From the IMG/VR virus record IMGVR_UViG_3300025030_000088, positions 1 through 64,000 of that record: a stretch of 64,000 nucleotides of DNA; one strand, given 5' to 3'. Below, piece by piece: positions 61,562 through 64,000 of the stretch. Below the pieces are notes generated by a model, which was given only the letters and a program-made list of their open reading frames with translations, was not told the origin of the DNA and searched no databases. The translations under genes were made by a program, and so were the position numbers. The stretch comes from an uncultured virus (IMG/VR IMGVR_UViG_3300025030_000088). Its lineage: Duplodnaviria > Heunggongvirae > Uroviricota > Caudoviricetes. Positions within the stretch are counted from its first letter, which is position 1, and each line of letters begins with the position of its first letter.

Positions 61562-61975
61562 ATGTCATATACTAAAATAGTTAAACAATGGGAAAGAGAA
61601 TCTAAAAGAAAGGATAAACAACAAGCAACCGAAAGAAAACGACAACAAGCAAGAACAGAACAATTTCAAGAAGCAATATACATAGCAAAGGGTAAACAGG
61701 AGAAACAAGAAAAGGCAGAGCAGGAGGAAAGGCAGCAAAGGATTAACAATATTAAGCAGGAAATATTTCTATCCTTGCAAAAGAATAACCCTTTTAATTA
61801 TCAGCAATTCCTAATAATTTATGATATTTTGTCCTATAACTTTAATCAGATTATATCAGACTTATATAAGAATAAAATAACCATAGCAGATATAAAGGCA
61901 GTTATTGAGTATATAGAAGAACACAGCAAAGAATTAATAAATGAATATTGGAAGGATAAACTGCAAGCAATATAA
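61562..61975 (+). CDS. Hypothetical coiled-coil protein
   Basis: AAAGGAG RBS. Confidence 0.65.
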   Translation: MSYTKIVKQWERESKRKDKQQATERKRQQARTEQFQEAIYIAKGKQEKQEKAEQEERQQRINNIKQEIFLSLQKNNPFNYQQFLIIYDILSYNFNQIISDLYKNKITIADIKAVIEYIEEHSKELINEYWKDKLQAI

Positions 61976-62076
61976 AGGCCACTGAGCCTTTTTATTTTTG
62001 CTTGAATTAACACTTTACAAATATATTACTATTGTGTTATAATAAATTAATAGATTATACAGGAGGTGCAGAGTAA

Positions 62077-62331
62077 ATGACCAAAAAGTTTTGGCAGGGT
62101 GGAGTCAATAAAATAATTGAAAAGATACTTAACGGCAAAAGAACTATTCAAGATGCTAAATTTTATATGGATCATAAATTTGTTGGAGATAGTAGGGAAG
62201 CATTTAACCATAAAGCATATATAGCAACATCAGCAGATCAAACTGCTGAAACGACTGTATATAACATGTTAAATGATGCTATTAAATTGGGATATGGGAA
62301 AGATACAAATTTTGAAAGAGTGTTCCGGTAA
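62077..62331 (+). CDS. Hypothetical protein
   Basis: AGGAGGTG RBS; own promoter. Confidence 0.65.
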   Translation: MTKKFWQGGVNKIIEKILNGKRTIQDAKFYMDHKFVGDSREAFNHKAYIATSADQTAETTVYNMLNDAIKLGYGKDTNFERVFR

Positions 62332-62380
62332 CATTAGCAAACTGGTATATTGTCACGATATTTGAAGGAGGTTTTTATAA

Positions 62381-62568
62381 ATGTTTAAAACTGAAAAAGG
62401 TATTAATGTTTTTGGTAAAGAATTGACAATATTAAGAAAAACAAAAAAGCAGGAGAAAAAATTCTACTAAAAGAGGGATTTATTAACAAATATCATAATG
62501 ATGCACTTGTAAAAGATGGTATTGTTGCATCCTATAGTAAATTGTGCGGATATTGGGTATTAGATTAA
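62381..62568 (+). pseudogene. Small gene split by a -1 frameshift at A AAA AAG
   Basis: Frame 0 stops at 62470; the -1 frame stays open to 62568, just before a terminator. Confidence 0.55.
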
Positions 62569-62684
62569 CATGAGTCGAAAGGCTTTTCTTTTTATCTATG
62601 AAAATAACACTTGACATTATTATATTTATAGTTTATTATAGTAAGTGTAGATAGTAAATACATATTTTTGAGGAGGGTTATAAA

Positions 62685-62888
62685 TTGAATAATAATATTT
62701 ATTGGGGTTTAAGACCACAAGCAAAAGGCGAATATATAAATATTAATATTACTACAGGGATAATTAATTATTGTATTGCTTCAGGTAAAAATATGTGTGG
62801 AGTGGTTTATAATATACCATCTAGTATTAAATTATCTGAGTATATAAAATCATATGGTAAATTGGAAAAAAGGATAAAAATACAATAG
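62685..62888 (+). CDS. Hypothetical protein (possibly extends to 62941 via -1 shift)
   Basis: Promoter TTGACA-17-TATTAT at 62611; GAGGAGG RBS. Confidence 0.55.
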   Translation: MNNNIYWGLRPQAKGEYININITTGIINYCIASGKNMCGVVYNIPSSIKLSEYIKSYGKLEKRIKIQ

Positions 62889-62989
62889 ATAAATTTGCAA
62901 AGGAGTATCCAATAGAATTTAATAAATATATCAATATGTAAAATAATTGAATAGATTAACGAATTTATAATGATATAGGAGGCTACAAC

Positions 62990-63225
62990 ATGAATAATAA
63001 TAAACTATTAAAGCTAAAAAATGATTTAGAACGTAAGAAAGATGATTTACAGGAATCACTCAGTAAATACAAAAGGACGTTCTACAACTAATCGAAACAG
63101 CAGACGCAGAAAAAATAACAGATATTAACAGTTATACAAGTTATGGTAAGATGTTTGATACAGCTAAACAGATTGAAGAAATTAACGCAAAATTGAGAGT
63201 ATGTAATTATTTGCTAGAAGATTAA
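62990..63225 (+). pseudogene. Small coiled-coil gene split by a -1 frameshift near 63071
   Basis: AGGAGG RBS; frame 0 stops at 63091; the -1 frame is open to 63225, directly before a terminator. Confidence 0.6.
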
Positions 63226-63327
63226 CAGGGGTTTTAATCCCTGTTTTTTCTTTGTCTCCCTCTTGACAACCTAAAAGAATAGTATTATAATTATATTTAG
63301 CACCACACATTAAAGGAGGTCATATTA

Positions 63328-63666
63328 ATGCTTAACAACCGTGATTTTATAAGGGTATTAAATAAAGTTAAGGAACTGGAGCAGAAAAAGAAATTAATGT
63401 TTACTGATTACACTATAGCCGAATTAAAGGATTATGTCGAGAATACAAATTTATTGCTTGATTATATAGTAGTATTAGAGGAAGGATTAAAGCAGGATAC
63501 AGTACAAAAGGGTTATTATTTTGCAGAGTATGACGAGAATTCATTATCTTATTGCGTATTCCATACAGATTTAAATTCAGGTCGTGCATATAGTAGTTTT
63601 TCAATTATGCAAGAGGCCACAAGAGATGCACAGAAAAGAAATTATGAAAGAACAACAGGAGCCTAA
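63328..63666 (+). CDS. Hypothetical protein
   Basis: Promoter TTGACA-17-TATAAT at 63263-63291; AAAGGAGG RBS. Confidence 0.7.
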   Translation: MLNNRDFIRVLNKVKELEQKKKLMFTDYTIAELKDYVENTNLLLDYIVVLEEGLKQDTVQKGYYFAEYDENSLSYCVFHTDLNSGRAYSSFSIMQEATRDAQKRNYERTTGA

Positions 63667-63772
63667 AAATTCCTGTTTTATTTTTGTCTAAAGTATTGCA
63701 ATATTATTATTTTTATATTATAATAGGTATTAAGCAGTACATAATAAATTAACTTAAAGGGAGTGCTGAACA

Positions 63773-64000
63773 ATGTTATTAAGAGCTAATTTAAAAAACC
63801 TTAAGCAGTACAACAGGGAACTTTTAGGCAATGAATACACTGAGGCCAAAGAAAAAGAACTTATTAACATTTGCACCAAGGATAATTATACAAACTACAA
63901 AGACGAACCAAGGGAGCATGAATCTTTTGCTATTCAACGATATATGGAAAAGATTGATAAAATTCTATGTACCTTTGGTGTTGAATCAGGTTATCCAGAG
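63773..64000 (+). CDS. Hypothetical protein, truncated by window end
   Basis: Promoter TTGCAA-17-TATAAT at 63696-63724; AAAGGGAG RBS; frame open to the end. Confidence 0.65.
   Translation, partial: MLLRANLKNLKQYNRELLGNEYTEAKEKELINICTKDNYTNYKDEPREHESFAIQRYMEKIDKILCTFGVESGYPE

Noticed and set aside
1..64000. Alternative genetic code (stop reassignment)
   Set aside because: Long genes are intact in code 11 and end in TAA, TAG or TGA; the breaks are explained by introns, one nonsense codon and local frameshifts.

Overview
This is a 64-kb AT-rich segment of a large tailed phage or prophage of a low-GC Firmicute (Clostridia/Bacilli-like host). Its gene order resembles SPbeta-like, YonO-RNA-polymerase phages. 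Family calls come from motif recognition by eye, not database searches. (1) 1-17.2 kb, minus strand: morphogenesis module (terminase, portal, protease/scaffold, decoration, capsid, head-tail, tail tube). It is interrupted by free-standing zinc-ribbon endonuclease genes, and the tail-tube gene carries an ORF-less group I intron. (2) 17.6-39.1 kb, minus strand: ClpP-like protease, metallophosphoesterase, PIN-PhoH, and a YonO-like single-subunit RNA polymerase split inside its catalytic motif by an HNH-carrying group I intron. It also holds a DNA methyltransferase with a complete HNH gene nested in another frame, a UvrD-like helicase, a GIY-YIG endonuclease and a Xer-like recombinase. (3) 39.3-42.7 kb, plus strand: RHH / membrane protein / FtsK / replication-relaxation cassette. 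(4) 43.3-46.5 kb: a ~3-kb non-coding hub at a G/C skew switch. It holds a perfect dif-like site, parS, DnaA boxes, a TGNTACCA array and a dense set of palindromes resembling operators of unrelated host regulators (Fur, Zur, CodY, NrdR, YtrA, CsoR). (5) 46.5-64 kb, plus strand: early-type region of short genes, many with their own sigmaA- or sigmaH-type promoter and terminator, plus two more parS sites and G-free spacers. No tRNA, rRNA or CRISPR array was recognised.
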